Source: Minisyncoccota bacterium
GTDB lineage: Bacteria > Patescibacteriota > Minisyncoccia > JAHIHE01 > JAGLIN01
Reading direction: 5' to 3'
DNA length: 64,000 nucleotides
Assembly (NCBI GenBank): GCA_028690055.1
Contig: JAQVBZ010000002.1
Span: 29,978-93,977, forward strand
Shown here: positions 21,355 to 31,308 of the stretch, in pieces
Layout of the letters: each line of letters begins with the position of its first letter
Position numbering within the stretch: the first letter of the stretch is position 1
Translations under genes and position numbers: made by a program
The notes under the pieces: generated by a model
The model's database searches: none
What the model was told of the DNA's origin: nothing
What the model saw: the letters and a program-made list of their open reading frames with translations, nothing else

Positions 21355-22626
21355 ATGTCAATATATTCTCCGAAAATCCTGAAGACTATGAAACTGGCTT
21401 GTGCCGGGCTTACTTCTAATAAGACTCGGACTGGGCTTTCTGTGCTCGGAATTGTAATCGGGGTGGCGGCGGTGATTATAATCGTGTCGATGGGTCAGGG
21501 GCTCAAGTCTCTTATTTTGGGGCAGCTTACCTCTTTCGGTTCGGACGTGATGTCTATAGAGATAAAAATTCCTGGATCTGATCTGGCTAGCAGTTCGCGC
21601 TCAATGGCGCAGGGGGTGGTCATTACCTCTCTTAAATCAGCGGATGCAGAGGCGCTTCGTAATAAGGATAGATTTCCTTATATTGATGTGGTATCAGGGT
21701 ATTCTTCCGGCATGGAGTTGGCGACCTATAAAGAAGAGGAAAAACAGGCTATGATTATTGCTTCCGATGCTTATTATCAGGGAATAGACACTTTGACGGT
21801 GGCGAAAGCGGGGAGATTTTTTACTCAAGCCGAGAATGACAGTGTGGCGCAGGTGGTTCTGATAGGTTCGGATATCGCCAAGAAATTTTTTGGCGAGGAT
21901 GATCCTGTGGGCAAAAATATCAAAATCAAGAACAAGAATTTTCTGGTCATAGGAGTATTGAAGGAAAGAGGCTCGGTAATGACTTTCAATATGGACGAGC
22001 TTCTGATTATCCCGATCAAAACTTCGCAGAAGATATTACAGGGAGTGGACCATATCCAAGAAATCGGAATCAGACTGGAAGATAAAAAATATCTGGCGCA
22101 GGCAAAATATGAAATCGCAGGTCTAATGCGTGAGCAGCATAAGATTGAAGACCCTAAGAATGATGATTTTCAAATCGTTACGATGGATGAGGCTTTGAAA
22201 ACAGTAGATTCTATCACGACCGCCATTTCGATTCTGCTAGGGCTTCTGGCTGCCATTTCGCTTTTTGTGGGTGGTATCGGTATTATGAATATCATGCTGG
22301 TAATAGTAGCGGAGAGAACTAGGGAAATCGGACTGCGCAAAGCGGTAGGCGCGCGCTATCGGGACATTATGAATCAATTCGTGATGGAAGCGATGGCTAT
22401 TTCGCTCATAGGCGGACTGATAGGAATCGTAATCGGGGTGTCTTTTTCTTTCCTAGTGTCGCAAATCATAACGTATTATCTGGGGATGGATTGGCCGTTT
22501 GTAATTTCCTCGGGCGCTATTTTGATATCTTTCGTGGTGGCGGCTGTGTTCGGTATGGTTTTCGGATGGTATCCCGCCAAAGAGGCCGCGCAGTTGAGTC
22601 CGATTGAGGCGCTGAGGAAGAATTAG
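21355..22626 (+). CDS. Second FtsX/MacB-family ABC permease (paralog of 19970..21202)
   Basis: Same architecture; conserved GGIGIMNIMLV...ERTREIGLRKA motif. 423 aa. Confidence 0.85.
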   Translation: MSIYSPKILKTMKLACAGLTSNKTRTGLSVLGIVIGVAAVIIIVSMGQGLKSLILGQLTSFGSDVMSIEIKIPGSDLASSSRSMAQGVVITSLKSADAEALRNKDRFPYIDVVSGYSSGMELATYKEEEKQAMIIASDAYYQGIDTLTVAKAGRFFTQAENDSVAQVVLIGSDIAKKFFGEDDPVGKNIKIKNKNFLVIGVLKERGSVMTFNMDELLIIPIKTSQKILQGVDHIQEIGIRLEDKKYLAQAKYEIAGLMREQHKIEDPKNDDFQIVTMDEALKTVDSITTAISILLGLLAAISLFVGGIGIMNIMLVIVAERTREIGLRKAVGARYRDIMNQFVMEAMAISLIGGLIGIVIGVSFSFLVSQIITYYLGMDWPFVISSGAILISFVVAAVFGMVFGWYPAKEAAQLSPIEALRKN

Positions 22627-22658
22627 CATAAGTATGGTTGTAAATTTTATAAATATAT

Positions 22659-22785
22659 GGAGTAGCAGGTTTCAACCTGCGCGGTTATCTCAAACCGATG
22701 GATATGTTTTTCTATAGCACGGGGTATTATACCGCTATAGCATTCATTCACATCGGACAGCCGCGCGGGATGAATTCCATTACTC
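22659..22785. repeat. REP/BIME-like inverted doublet
   Basis: GGAGTAGCAGGTTTCAACCTGCGC at 22659..22682 and degenerate inverted GCGCGGGATGAATTCCATTACTC at 22763..22785. Confidence 0.6.
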
Positions 22786-23144
22786 TCTGTGACAGTTCAT
22801 TCAATTCGCGCTATACGATAAGGCGAGTTTTTTATACCTAAAGCACTCCGTCTTTGACAATCATACGCCCTTCTGCTAGTATTAAATTGTATTTAAGCAA
22901 ATTAATTTTTTCGGTTGGTTGGACTTAATGGATGCGTTTATATTCTAGAAAATGATAAAAATATGCTGTTTTACTTCTTAAAATTTGGACATTTGCCCCA
23001 AAACGGCTTGATTTCGAAAAATAAATTTTTTAAGACCCTAATGGATAAAAGGGCTGGTCTTTTCTTGTAGAAAGACGCCTTTGTCCGGCTTTTGCATATT
23101 TTTCGCATACTTAAATCTCCTCTAACTGGACTTAGGAGAAAAAA

Positions 23145-24665
23145 ATGGACATAGTAATTGTTAGTTTGGGAACCCTCCTTTTGGGAGGGGTGATAGGTTA
23201 TTTTAGTAGACAGTTTTTCGCCAAAAAACAGGTGGAGAGCGCGGAAGCCAAAGTGGGCAAGATTTTCTCGGATGCTAAAGATAAGGCGGCGGAGACGGTT
23301 CTGGAAGCGCAGAATAAGGCAGTGAAGATTTTGGAAGATGCAAAGGCGGATGAGAGCGAGCGCGTGAGGCAGATTGCTCGCAACGAGGAAAGGGTTGCCA
23401 AAAAGGAAGATTCGTTGGATAAGAAGTCGACGGACATCGACAAGCAGAAAGAGGGCTTGCAGGAAAAGAGCAAGCAGATTATGAGCATCAAAGAAGAAGT
23501 TGAGAAAATCAAGGAGGAACAATTGGAGAAGCTCCAGAAAATCGCGGAATTGGATCAGGAAAAAGCGAGGGCTATTATTATCGACAGGGTGGAGAAAATG
23601 CATCAGGAAGAAATTCTCAAGCGGATTAAAATCCTGGAGGCGGAAGGTATGGAAGAGGTTAATAAGAAAGCCAATAATATAATCGTGCAGGCTATCCAGA
23701 AATATTCCGGTACGCACACAGCGGAGACGACTACTTCGACCGTGGAAATTCCCAGCGACGAAATGAAAGGAAGAATCATCGGACGGGAAGGTCGCAACAT
23801 TCGTACGCTTGAACAGTTGACCGGAGTTGAAGTTATTATCGACGATACTCCTGAAACCATCATCATTTCCGGTTTTGATCCTATCCGTCGGCAAGTGGCC
23901 AAGCTTTCTTTGGAAAAGCTCATTTCTGACGGCAGAATCCATCCGGCACGCATTGAGGAGGTGGTGGATGAAACCAAGAAGGAAATCATCAATTCCGTCA
24001 AGGAAGCGGGAGAGGTGGCTGTAGCTGATTTGGGCGTGGTGGGATTCGATCCCAAGTTGGTCCAGCTTATCGGCCGTCTCAAATACCGGACCAGTTATGG
24101 GCAAAACGTGCTTTTGCACTCTGTCGAGGTTGCGAGACTGTCGGCGTCAATCGCTTCTGAATTGAAAGCGGACGTGACCATCGCGAAGAAGGCGGGGTTA
24201 TTGCACGACATCGGCAAGGCAGTGGATCACGAGATACAAGGTACTCATGTCGAAATTGGAATCAATATTCTTAAGAAATTCGGTATTTCAGAAGATGTCA
24301 TCATCGCCATGAAATCTCATCACGAAGATTTCCCTTACGAAAGCACCGAGGCGGTCATCATCAAAGTTGCGGATGCGATTTCGGCATCGAGACCGGGCGC
24401 GCGCAAAGATACTCTGGAAAACTATATCAAGCGTTTGGAGGAATTGGAGAATATCGCCAACTCGTTTGAAGAGGTCGAGAAGAGTTATGCGATCCAAGCG
24501 GGCAGGGAAGTTCGCGTATTCGTTACTCCGGAAAAGATTGACGATATGGGCGCGATGAAACTATCGCGTAAGATTGCCGATCGTATCGAGGAGACGCTGA
24601 ACTATCCGGGAGAAATTAAGGTGCACGTAATCCGCGAGACAAGGGCGGTGGAGTATGCGAGATAA
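23145..24665 (+). CDS. rny: Ribonuclease Y
   Basis: N-terminal TM, coiled coil, KH domain (GRIIGREGRNIRTLEQLTG), HD domain (LLHDIGKAVDHE). 506 aa. Confidence 0.93.
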   Translation: MDIVIVSLGTLLLGGVIGYFSRQFFAKKQVESAEAKVGKIFSDAKDKAAETVLEAQNKAVKILEDAKADESERVRQIARNEERVAKKEDSLDKKSTDIDKQKEGLQEKSKQIMSIKEEVEKIKEEQLEKLQKIAELDQEKARAIIIDRVEKMHQEEILKRIKILEAEGMEEVNKKANNIIVQAIQKYSGTHTAETTTSTVEIPSDEMKGRIIGREGRNIRTLEQLTGVEVIIDDTPETIIISGFDPIRRQVAKLSLEKLISDGRIHPARIEEVVDETKKEIINSVKEAGEVAVADLGVVGFDPKLVQLIGRLKYRTSYGQNVLLHSVEVARLSASIASELKADVTIAKKAGLLHDIGKAVDHEIQGTHVEIGINILKKFGISEDVIIAMKSHHEDFPYESTEAVIIKVADAISASRPGARKDTLENYIKRLEELENIANSFEEVEKSYAIQAGREVRVFVTPEKIDDMGAMKLSRKIADRIEETLNYPGEIKVHVIRETRAVEYAR

Positions 24666-24702
24666 TTTAGACTTTTTGCCATAGGGGGTGTCATTATGAG
24701 TT

Positions 24703-24731
24703 GTAGGGGCACAATATCTTGTGCCCTTTGT
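24703..24731 (+). terminator. Rho-independent terminator after rny (REP-like: GTAG + GGGCACAA-tatc-TTGTGCCC + TTTG)
   Basis: 8-bp GC-rich stem followed by T-rich tract. Confidence 0.55.
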
Positions 24732-24781
24732 AAAAGGTTGGATACGGAATTATGGTTTATCTTTTTTTGTGCTCCTACCGC

Positions 24782-24871
24782 CGTGTCATCCTGAGGTAAG
24801 CACGAAGGATCCCGTTATGTCCCACATATTGACGGGATTCTTCGCTCCGCTCTGCTGCGCTCAGAATGACG
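24782..24871. repeat. Family-2 MITE-like element (cGTGTCATCCTGAGG ... GCTCAGAATGACg)
   Basis: TIRs and an internal ATCCCGT...GACGGGAT hairpin. Confidence 0.55.
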
Positions 24872-24939
24872 TGCTTATCCGGTTGCGCTTATAGCTTTTT
24901 TGTTATAGGTTATCAGTGATTAGTTATAAGTTATTTTTT

Positions 24940-25743
24940 ATGCGTATACTTTTTTTGGGAGATATGGTAGGGAAGCCAGCTAGGGCTGCGGTTGCGAAAT
25001 TTATCGCGGAGAAAAAGTCCGAAATGGGCGTGGACGTGGTTATTGCCAACAGTGACAACCTGGCGCACGGTAGGAGCGTCACGCGTAAGACCGTTGAGGA
25101 GATGCTTAGCTCCGGAGTCGATATTATGACTTGCGGAGATCATGCTTGGGATAATACCCAGGCTTTTGATATCTTACAGGCGGGAGATTTGGATTTTATC
25201 TGTCCCTGCAATCTGCCCGGATTGGATTCGGGTTTGAGTGGGAAAATATTTGAAAAGATGGGAACGAAGATTTTGGTAATCAATCTGATCGGTAGAGTTT
25301 TTATTGACAAGGAGTTGACTTCGCCTTTTGATGCGGTGACGGAGATTTTGCGGCACAATGAAAAAGAAGAACGGGTAAAAATCATCATAGTGGATTTTCA
25401 TGCGGAGACCACTAGCGAGAAGAAGGCGTTAGGCAGATTCCTGCGCGGCAAGGTGTCGGCGGTTTTGGGCACGCACACGCATGTACAGACGGCGGATGAA
25501 GAGCTTTTGGGCGATTATACGGCTTATATTACGGATGTGGGAATGGTCGGGGTGGAGGATTCGATCCTGGGCTGTGACGAAAAAGCAGTACTGGAACAGT
25601 ATGTCAGTGGCGCGCCTTTCAAATATAAGCTAGCGGAAGATAACCGCGTAATGATCCAGGGAGTGCTTTTGGATATCGATGAAAAAAGCGGCAAGACGAT
25701 GAAAATTGAAAGGGTGCAAGAGGGGATTTTACCCGAAGTTTAA
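24940..25743 (+). CDS. ymdB: YmdB-family metallophosphoesterase (2',3'-cyclic-nucleotide phosphodiesterase)
   Basis: MRILFLGDMVGKPAR...GDHAWDN is the TIGR00282 family signature. Follows rny as in Bacillus. The track start 24916 is upstream; the ATG at 24940 is preferred. Confidence 0.85.
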   Translation: MRILFLGDMVGKPARAAVAKFIAEKKSEMGVDVVIANSDNLAHGRSVTRKTVEEMLSSGVDIMTCGDHAWDNTQAFDILQAGDLDFICPCNLPGLDSGLSGKIFEKMGTKILVINLIGRVFIDKELTSPFDAVTEILRHNEKEERVKIIIVDFHAETTSEKKALGRFLRGKVSAVLGTHTHVQTADEELLGDYTAYITDVGMVGVEDSILGCDEKAVLEQYVSGAPFKYKLAEDNRVMIQGVLLDIDEKSGKTMKIERVQEGILPEV

Positions 25744-25866
25744 AAAGCTTGCCTTATCCTAGCCATTTGTGTATAATGCCTGTATAAATTTGTATGCGTA
25801 TAAGATTTTCAAAATATAGCATTTAATTTGGTGCTTAATCAATTTAAGAAGAAGGGAGGTGTATCA

Positions 25867-26142
25867 ATGACAAAAGATGAATTGATCGATAGTGTTGCTT
25901 CCAAAACTGACTCTTCCAAAAAAGACGTAGAGAGGATTCTTAGCGCTATAATGGAAACTATCACCAACTCTTTGACCGATGGTGAAAAAGTTGCTTTGAC
26001 CGGTTTCGGAACCTTCGACATCAGCAAAAGAGCTGCTCGAGTAGGTGTTAACCCACAGAACCCGGGCCAGAAGATTCAGATCCCAGCTATGACTGTTCCT
26101 AAGTTCAAAGCCGGAAAGAGTCTAAAGGACGCTGTAAAGTAA
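25867..26142 (+). CDS. hup: DNA-binding protein HU
   Basis: MTKDELIDSVA...GFGTF...RAARVGVNPQNPGQKIQIPAMTVPKFKAGK; GGGAGG RBS. The track start 25828 is probably too far upstream. Confidence 0.93.
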   Translation: MTKDELIDSVASKTDSSKKDVERILSAIMETITNSLTDGEKVALTGFGTFDISKRAARVGVNPQNPGQKIQIPAMTVPKFKAGKSLKDAVK

Positions 26143-26224
26143 ATGCTTTTAAATAAGAAATCTCAATCGACCCGAAAGGGGAGGTTGGGGTTTTTTGTTT
26201 GTAGGGATGATTGATCTATGTGTG

Positions 26225-26314
26225 CCTGTAGAGACGCCGATTTATCGCGTATGATCCATCGAAAAAAACACATTACTCCGCATTCCGAGACGCGATAAAT
26301 CGGCGTCTCTACAG
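26225..26314. repeat. 26-bp near-perfect inverted repeat (CCTGTAGAGACGCCGATTTATCGCGT / ACGCGATAAATCGGCGTCTCTACAG) with a 36-bp spacer
   Basis: 25/26 complementary; the same hairpin sequence as the dnaK terminator. Confidence 0.7.
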
Positions 26315-26407
26315 ATAACGGTTTTTGTCCTGTCTGTGATTATTTTAGGCGATAGGCTTGACATATGTTAAGTAAGTTACTACCATATGGAGAAAGCGGA
26401 GGATTGC

Positions 26408-26674
26408 ATGGGTAAACATATAAAAGAGAATGAGAAGATACGAGAATTAAAAAAAGAACTGATAGAAAAATATGGAGTGAAATTGTTTGACGTGGAAAAT
26501 GGGAGGTTGTCGTTTACTCTTCAGAGAGAAAGACATTATTTTCGATTCGAAGAAGGTGGCTGTTGTCAGTGGTTGCCCTCGATTAAATCAGGCGATGCCG
26601 AGAAATTTATTAGAGAGCTTCTTGCCATAGGTTTCATAAAAAAAGACGGAGGATACCTCGATTGGTGGGAATAA
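26408..26674 (+). CDS. Hypothetical protein, about 88 aa
   Basis: GGAGGA RBS 6 nt upstream of the ATG at 26408 (the track start 26387 is in the same frame); contains a CC pair. No recognisable domain. Confidence 0.35.
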   Translation: MGKHIKENEKIRELKKELIEKYGVKLFDVENGRLSFTLQRERHYFRFEEGGCCQWLPSIKSGDAEKFIRELLAIGFIKKDGGYLDWWE

Positions 26675-26854
26675 AAAAGAGTATTAACCGTAAAAAGTGA
26701 AGATATTATCTTATCTTCCATTTTTCCAAGTTCGCAATGATTTGCGGGTTTAGAAAAGTTTGTACGATAAGGGTAAGAGCACTGCCTATGGGCGGTGTTT
26801 TTTTGTTGCACAAATTATTGGAGTAGGGGATTATCACATTATTAGGCTAATCGA

Positions 26855-26892
26855 AAAAAGGACTGTCCTTACAGAATCAAAAGGACAGTTCT
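26855..26892. repeat. Double AAGGAC(T/A)GTCCTT palindrome separated by ACAGAATCAAA
   Basis: A near-identical copy at 47686..47722 carries swapped (compensatory) central bases. Confidence 0.6.
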
Positions 26893-26934
26893 TGCTTGTC
26901 ATTGCGGGAGTGTGCAAAGTAATCTCGCCGGAGC

Positions 26935-27085
26935 GTGGTCTCCAGACCCGGTCCATAGGTTTGAAACATCAAAAATTCATCCTCTTATCATGTCTCTTTA
27001 TAAATGCCGTGGAATATAAAATTGTGTTTGCTTTGTGCTGTCTTGTCCCGAAATCAAAACGTTACGAAACCGGCCTGGAGACCAG
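26935..27085. repeat. Element bounded by a 13-bp inverted repeat TGGTCTCCAGACC / CCTGGAGACCAGT; contains a GGAGCAGGTTCAAACCTGCTCC hairpin
   Basis: IR at 26935..26947 and 27073..27085; the internal hairpin is related to the REP hairpin type CAGGTTTCAACCTG. Confidence 0.4.
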
Positions 27086-27187
27086 TTCCGGCAGGGGAGC
27101 AGGTTCAAACCTGCTCCCGCCTCTCTCCTGCATCTCAATAGTTGTTTGACTTAAACGCATATTTTACCTAAAATGAATTAGTAATGA

Positions 27188-28345
27188 TTGAATAAGCTTA
27201 TTAGGTTACCCTTTATGAAAATAGCCATCGATGCGCGTAGTTTGGAGGGGGATAAGACCGGAGTAGGGAGGTATTTGGAGAACATATTGAAGGTCTGGAA
27301 AGGCAGAGAGGACTGCAGTTTTATTTTGTATTTCAAGGATGAAATTCCGAAACGAGACTTTTTGAGCGGCAAAAATTTCGAGCTTAAGAGGCTGGAGAAT
27401 CCGTTATTTCGGTCCAGTAATTTTTTCTTTCAGCACTTTTTACTGCCTTATAGCTTGAAGAAAGACAAGGCGGATTTTTTCTTTTCGCCTTTTTATCTAC
27501 GGCCGTTTATCTGTCCGGTCCGGTCCGCAATCACACTGCATGACATATCTTACGAGGCGCATCCGGAGTGGTTTGATAAGAAGAGCCAGTTTATTTTGAA
27601 AATGCTTTCCAAAATGAGCGCCCGCAAGGCCGATGTCATCTTTACTGTCTCGGATTACAGCAAGGGCGAGATTATGAAATATTATGGTACTGCTGCCGAT
27701 AAGATCGTTGTTACGCCGTTGGCGCCGGACGGGAGCTTTTATTTTGAAGAGGATACGCAAAAAAATGAGATAACGAAAAATAAATATGGGCTTTCGAAAT
27801 TTATCTTGTGCGTGGGGACGATGTTTACTCGCAGGCACACTGAGGAAATCATCGAGGCTTTCGAGAAATATTCCGCGGATAATGACGGCTATCAACTCTG
27901 CCTTGTCGGGAAGAATAAGACATTCCCCACAGTCGATATCGAAAAGATGATAGACGGGGTGAACGTGAGATTTAAAGAGAAAAAAATCGTTCACATAGAC
28001 TCCGTGTCGGAAGGCGAGCTGATGACGCTCTACAGCTGTTGTTATGCGGTCATCTATCTTTCTGATTATGAGGGTTTCGGGCTGCCCGTAGTGGAGGTAC
28101 AGTTCTTCCGAAAGCCGGTCATCACCAGCCGTAACACTTCGCTAATCGAAGTAGGTGGCGAGTCGGTAGAGTTCGTATCCAAAAACGAGATTGAGGATAT
28201 TCTGCGGGGCTTGAAAAAAGTTTTGAATGATCAAATTTATTATAACTATCTAGTTGCGAAGGGGGAGGACAACATCCGGAGATTCGGCTGGAAGTCGTGC
28301 GCCGATCGGACACTCTCGGCCATATCAAAATTAAAAAAAGTTTAA
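27188..28345 (+). CDS. Glycosyltransferase family 4 (GT-B, group 1). Alternative start ATG at 27215 (MKIAIDAR...).
   Basis: The N-terminus MKIAIDARSLEGDKTGVGRY and the C-terminal EGFGLPVVE motif are typical of GT4. Confidence 0.85.
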   Translation: MNKLIRLPFMKIAIDARSLEGDKTGVGRYLENILKVWKGREDCSFILYFKDEIPKRDFLSGKNFELKRLENPLFRSSNFFFQHFLLPYSLKKDKADFFFSPFYLRPFICPVRSAITLHDISYEAHPEWFDKKSQFILKMLSKMSARKADVIFTVSDYSKGEIMKYYGTAADKIVVTPLAPDGSFYFEEDTQKNEITKNKYGLSKFILCVGTMFTRRHTEEIIEAFEKYSADNDGYQLCLVGKNKTFPTVDIEKMIDGVNVRFKEKKIVHIDSVSEGELMTLYSCCYAVIYLSDYEGFGLPVVEVQFFRKPVITSRNTSLIEVGGESVEFVSKNEIEDILRGLKKVLNDQIYYNYLVAKGEDNIRRFGWKSCADRTLSAISKLKKV

Positions 28346-28356
28346 AAGGACCTTTT

Positions 28357-30021
28357 ATGAAAAATTTGACACAAGCGCTCTGGCTATCGGAATTCGCGCT
28401 AGCCCTGCTCATTATTACTGGTGTGGCGGATGCGACCATGGCGTATATCTCGCTCTTCGTACTGCTCTTCGGGATATGGAAACTCAGCAATCTGGAAGCT
28501 TTGCGGCTTTATATATATTCAATACCTATTTTTGTAACCCTTCCCCCCAGCGTTTTTTCGGAGGCGATGAGCGTGTGGAGGTTTGCGCTTTTATTTTTTG
28601 TTTTTAAGATATTTTTGGAAAGATTCGAAATTCTAGCGACCTTTCGCAATCGGGGGCTGACTTTCAAAGATAAGAAGAGTGAAATCTATTCGCGCTTCGG
28701 AGACTTTATCGCCATAGCCAAGACTTCTAATTATTACGGCATTTTGTATCCGACGGTGCTTTTTGGTATCATCGGCATATTGTCCTTGTTTTCTGCTCAG
28801 AGTCTTGGGGCGGGTGTTAAGAAGATGGTTTTTTTGGGGAGCGTGTTTTTGCTTTTCAGTGTCGTTTCTTTCGCTGTGCGGAAGAAAGAGGACGTGGAGA
28901 AGGTACTGAAGTCCGTCTTTGCCTCGGGTGTGGGTATCTTGGCCATCGGCTATCTCCAGCTAGGCGCCACTTTTGGTATGACTCTTTATGATTTTTGGGG
29001 AATGTGGGATAAATATGTGATCCAGGCATTCTATGGTGAGCGTACCATGCATCTGCTCAGTTACAGCAATACCTGGTTTTCCTATTACGATGCGAGTGGC
29101 GAAATCCCGCCGACGTTGCGGATGTTTTCGGTGATGCCGGACTCACATTCTTTTTCGATGCTGATGATAATTTTCATACCATTCGCGCTTTTTTATGCTT
29201 TCGCGGCGAAGAAAAAATCCGTCAAAGCAAAATATTTAGCAGTTTTGGCGCTGATGTTTTTGGCTATATATTTTTCCGGTTCGCGCGGCGCCTGGGTCGG
29301 GTGGTTGGGGGCTCTGGCGGTCGCCCTTTATTTCTATCTGCTTGAAAAGATGCCACGTGGAATCAAGATTGTGAACGCGGGGGATTACGCAAAACTAAAA
29401 AATGTTTATAAAAAGGCTTTGGGGGCGATGCTGATTTTTATCGTGATCATTCCCGTCGCATCTCTGGTATTGAATCTTAATCAGGACTCTCAACTCATCC
29501 GTGAGGGGAGGATGCTGAGTGCGGAACAAAAAAAGAATGCTCTGTTGCACAGGACGTGGTCCATTTCTGATATGGAAGAGACTTCTAATAAAGGACGGAT
29601 GGAAATCTGGGGCGACAGTGCGAATTCAGTCATTCGCCATCCGCTACTGGGTATCGGTATCGGGAATTTTCCATTTGCGCTTGAGGAAAAAATCGGCACG
29701 AGTAAAATGGGGGCCTCTGCACACAACATCTATCTGGATATTGCGGTTGAGATGGGGTTGGCAGGTGCGTTAATCTTTTTGTGGATGTCATGGAAGATCG
29801 CCGAGAAACTCTTCTTGCTCTCACGAAAGTTCAAGGAGGAAAGATTCCGTCTGTTGGCGTTTTCAATCCTGCTATCCTTCGTGTGGATTTGCGCTTACGG
29901 ATTATTCGATGTGGTTATTCTCAATGACAAGGTCCTGATGTTCATCGTTATCATCCTCGCCGTTCTTTACAAATTGGAGGACCTGGAAGAGAGGGAAAGT
30001 GTGGGCAAAACCGCCCTATAA
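28357..30021 (+). CDS. O-antigen ligase-like (Wzy_C domain) polytopic membrane protein
   Basis: More than 10 TM helices; FSGSRGAWVGWLGALAV and a periplasmic loop carrying conserved R and H residues. The track start 28297 overlaps the upstream gene; an ATG at 28357 with an AAAGGA RBS is preferred. Confidence 0.7.
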   Translation: MKNLTQALWLSEFALALLIITGVADATMAYISLFVLLFGIWKLSNLEALRLYIYSIPIFVTLPPSVFSEAMSVWRFALLFFVFKIFLERFEILATFRNRGLTFKDKKSEIYSRFGDFIAIAKTSNYYGILYPTVLFGIIGILSLFSAQSLGAGVKKMVFLGSVFLLFSVVSFAVRKKEDVEKVLKSVFASGVGILAIGYLQLGATFGMTLYDFWGMWDKYVIQAFYGERTMHLLSYSNTWFSYYDASGEIPPTLRMFSVMPDSHSFSMLMIIFIPFALFYAFAAKKKSVKAKYLAVLALMFLAIYFSGSRGAWVGWLGALAVALYFYLLEKMPRGIKIVNAGDYAKLKNVYKKALGAMLIFIVIIPVASLVLNLNQDSQLIREGRMLSAEQKKNALLHRTWSISDMEETSNKGRMEIWGDSANSVIRHPLLGIGIGNFPFALEEKIGTSKMGASAHNIYLDIAVEMGLAGALIFLWMSWKIAEKLFLLSRKFKEERFRLLAFSILLSFVWICAYGLFDVVILNDKVLMFIVIILAVLYKLEDLEERESVGKTAL

Positions 30022-30125
30022 GACAGGTAAAAAGGCGAAGCTGGGAGAGCTTCTTTCGGCTTTGATTTTTTATTGTGATTGTAGTATCATAGTATTGTGT
30101 TTAATAACTTAAAAACTGCTAATAT

Positions 30126-31259
30126 ATGGTTTATATTGATGATGAAAATAAGTTCGAAGTCCGGGAGATCAGAGAGCCGGAGGCGAAACCTTCGGAGTTG
30201 GGGGAACTAAAGAAAAAGAGGAAAAAACGAAAAATTTTCAGATTAAGAAATATTTTTCTGGCCGTTATTATTATGGCGCTATTGGGGGGCGGATATTTTT
30301 TCTATAAGACGAGCAATGCCTTTGACCAGATTACGGGAGAGAGTAATTCTCTTATCAAAAGCATTATCAGAATGATTCCGCTGGGGGACAGTTTTAATAT
30401 TTTGCCTAATGAAGGGGGCGTGTCTTCACCTATTGACGAGATCCGTAATGACAAACTGGATAGACTCAATATTTTGCTGTTGGGGTTGCGCGGTGTGGAT
30501 GATCCCAACGGAGGCCTGCTGACCGATACGATGATGGTGGTCAGCTTTAAACCAAAAACTAATGAAGTAGCCCTTATTTCCATTCCGCGTGATCTGTACG
30601 TGTCGATACCCGATACCAATACCAAAGGAAAGATAAATGAAGTCTATGCTCATGGGATGAATAATGGTGACTGGAAGGATGGACTCGAATACAGCAAACA
30701 GGAAATAGAAGAAGTGACCGGACTGGATATCCATTATGTGGCGAGTGTAGATTTCTTGGCTTTCAAGGAAATCATCGACACTCTGGGCGGAGTAACTGTT
30801 TATCTTGACAAGCCCTTTGTTGAAAGTGTGCCTTTCGAGGAGGGGTATATATCGCTACCCGCAGGAAAGAACACTCTCGACGGGCAGAAGGCGCTCCTTT
30901 ATTCTCGCGCCAGATACAGTAGCAGCGATTTTGATCGGGCTAGACGACAGCAACAAGTTTTGGTGGCAGTGAAGGACAAAGCATTGAATTTGGGCATTCT
31001 CTCCAATCCGATAAAATTGGTTGCCATACTGGACTCAGCGGGCAATCATGTACGGACGGATGCTGAGCTTTGGGAGATAAAGGAAATGGCGGAGCTTTTT
31101 CGCAACGCGAATACCGGCACTATCAAACATAAAGTTTTTGATACCAGCGAGGAGGGGCTGCTCAATCAGACGCACAATTCTGTCGGACAATATATCCTTC
31201 TGCCTGTAGGCGGCAATTACGACAAGATCTACGAAGCCTGCCGGAATATTTTTGATTAA
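30126..31259 (+). CDS. LytR-CpsA-Psr (LCP) family cell-wall glycopolymer transferase
   Basis: N-terminal TM; LNILLLGLRGVDD...DTMMVVSF...ISIPRDLYVSIPD is the LCP core motif. Confidence 0.85.
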   Translation: MVYIDDENKFEVREIREPEAKPSELGELKKKRKKRKIFRLRNIFLAVIIMALLGGGYFFYKTSNAFDQITGESNSLIKSIIRMIPLGDSFNILPNEGGVSSPIDEIRNDKLDRLNILLLGLRGVDDPNGGLLTDTMMVVSFKPKTNEVALISIPRDLYVSIPDTNTKGKINEVYAHGMNNGDWKDGLEYSKQEIEEVTGLDIHYVASVDFLAFKEIIDTLGGVTVYLDKPFVESVPFEEGYISLPAGKNTLDGQKALLYSRARYSSSDFDRARRQQQVLVAVKDKALNLGILSNPIKLVAILDSAGNHVRTDAELWEIKEMAELFRNANTGTIKHKVFDTSEEGLLNQTHNSVGQYILLPVGGNYDKIYEACRNIFD

Positions 31260-31308
31260 ATATAAGGGACCGACTGATTACACAATAAAAAATAACATTC
31301 AAATCTAG

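Noticed and set aside
22971-24119. 382-aa minus-strand ORF
   Set aside because: Fully antisense to the well-supported rny gene (KH + HD domains on the plus strand). Low-complexity translation; an artefact of an open antisense frame.
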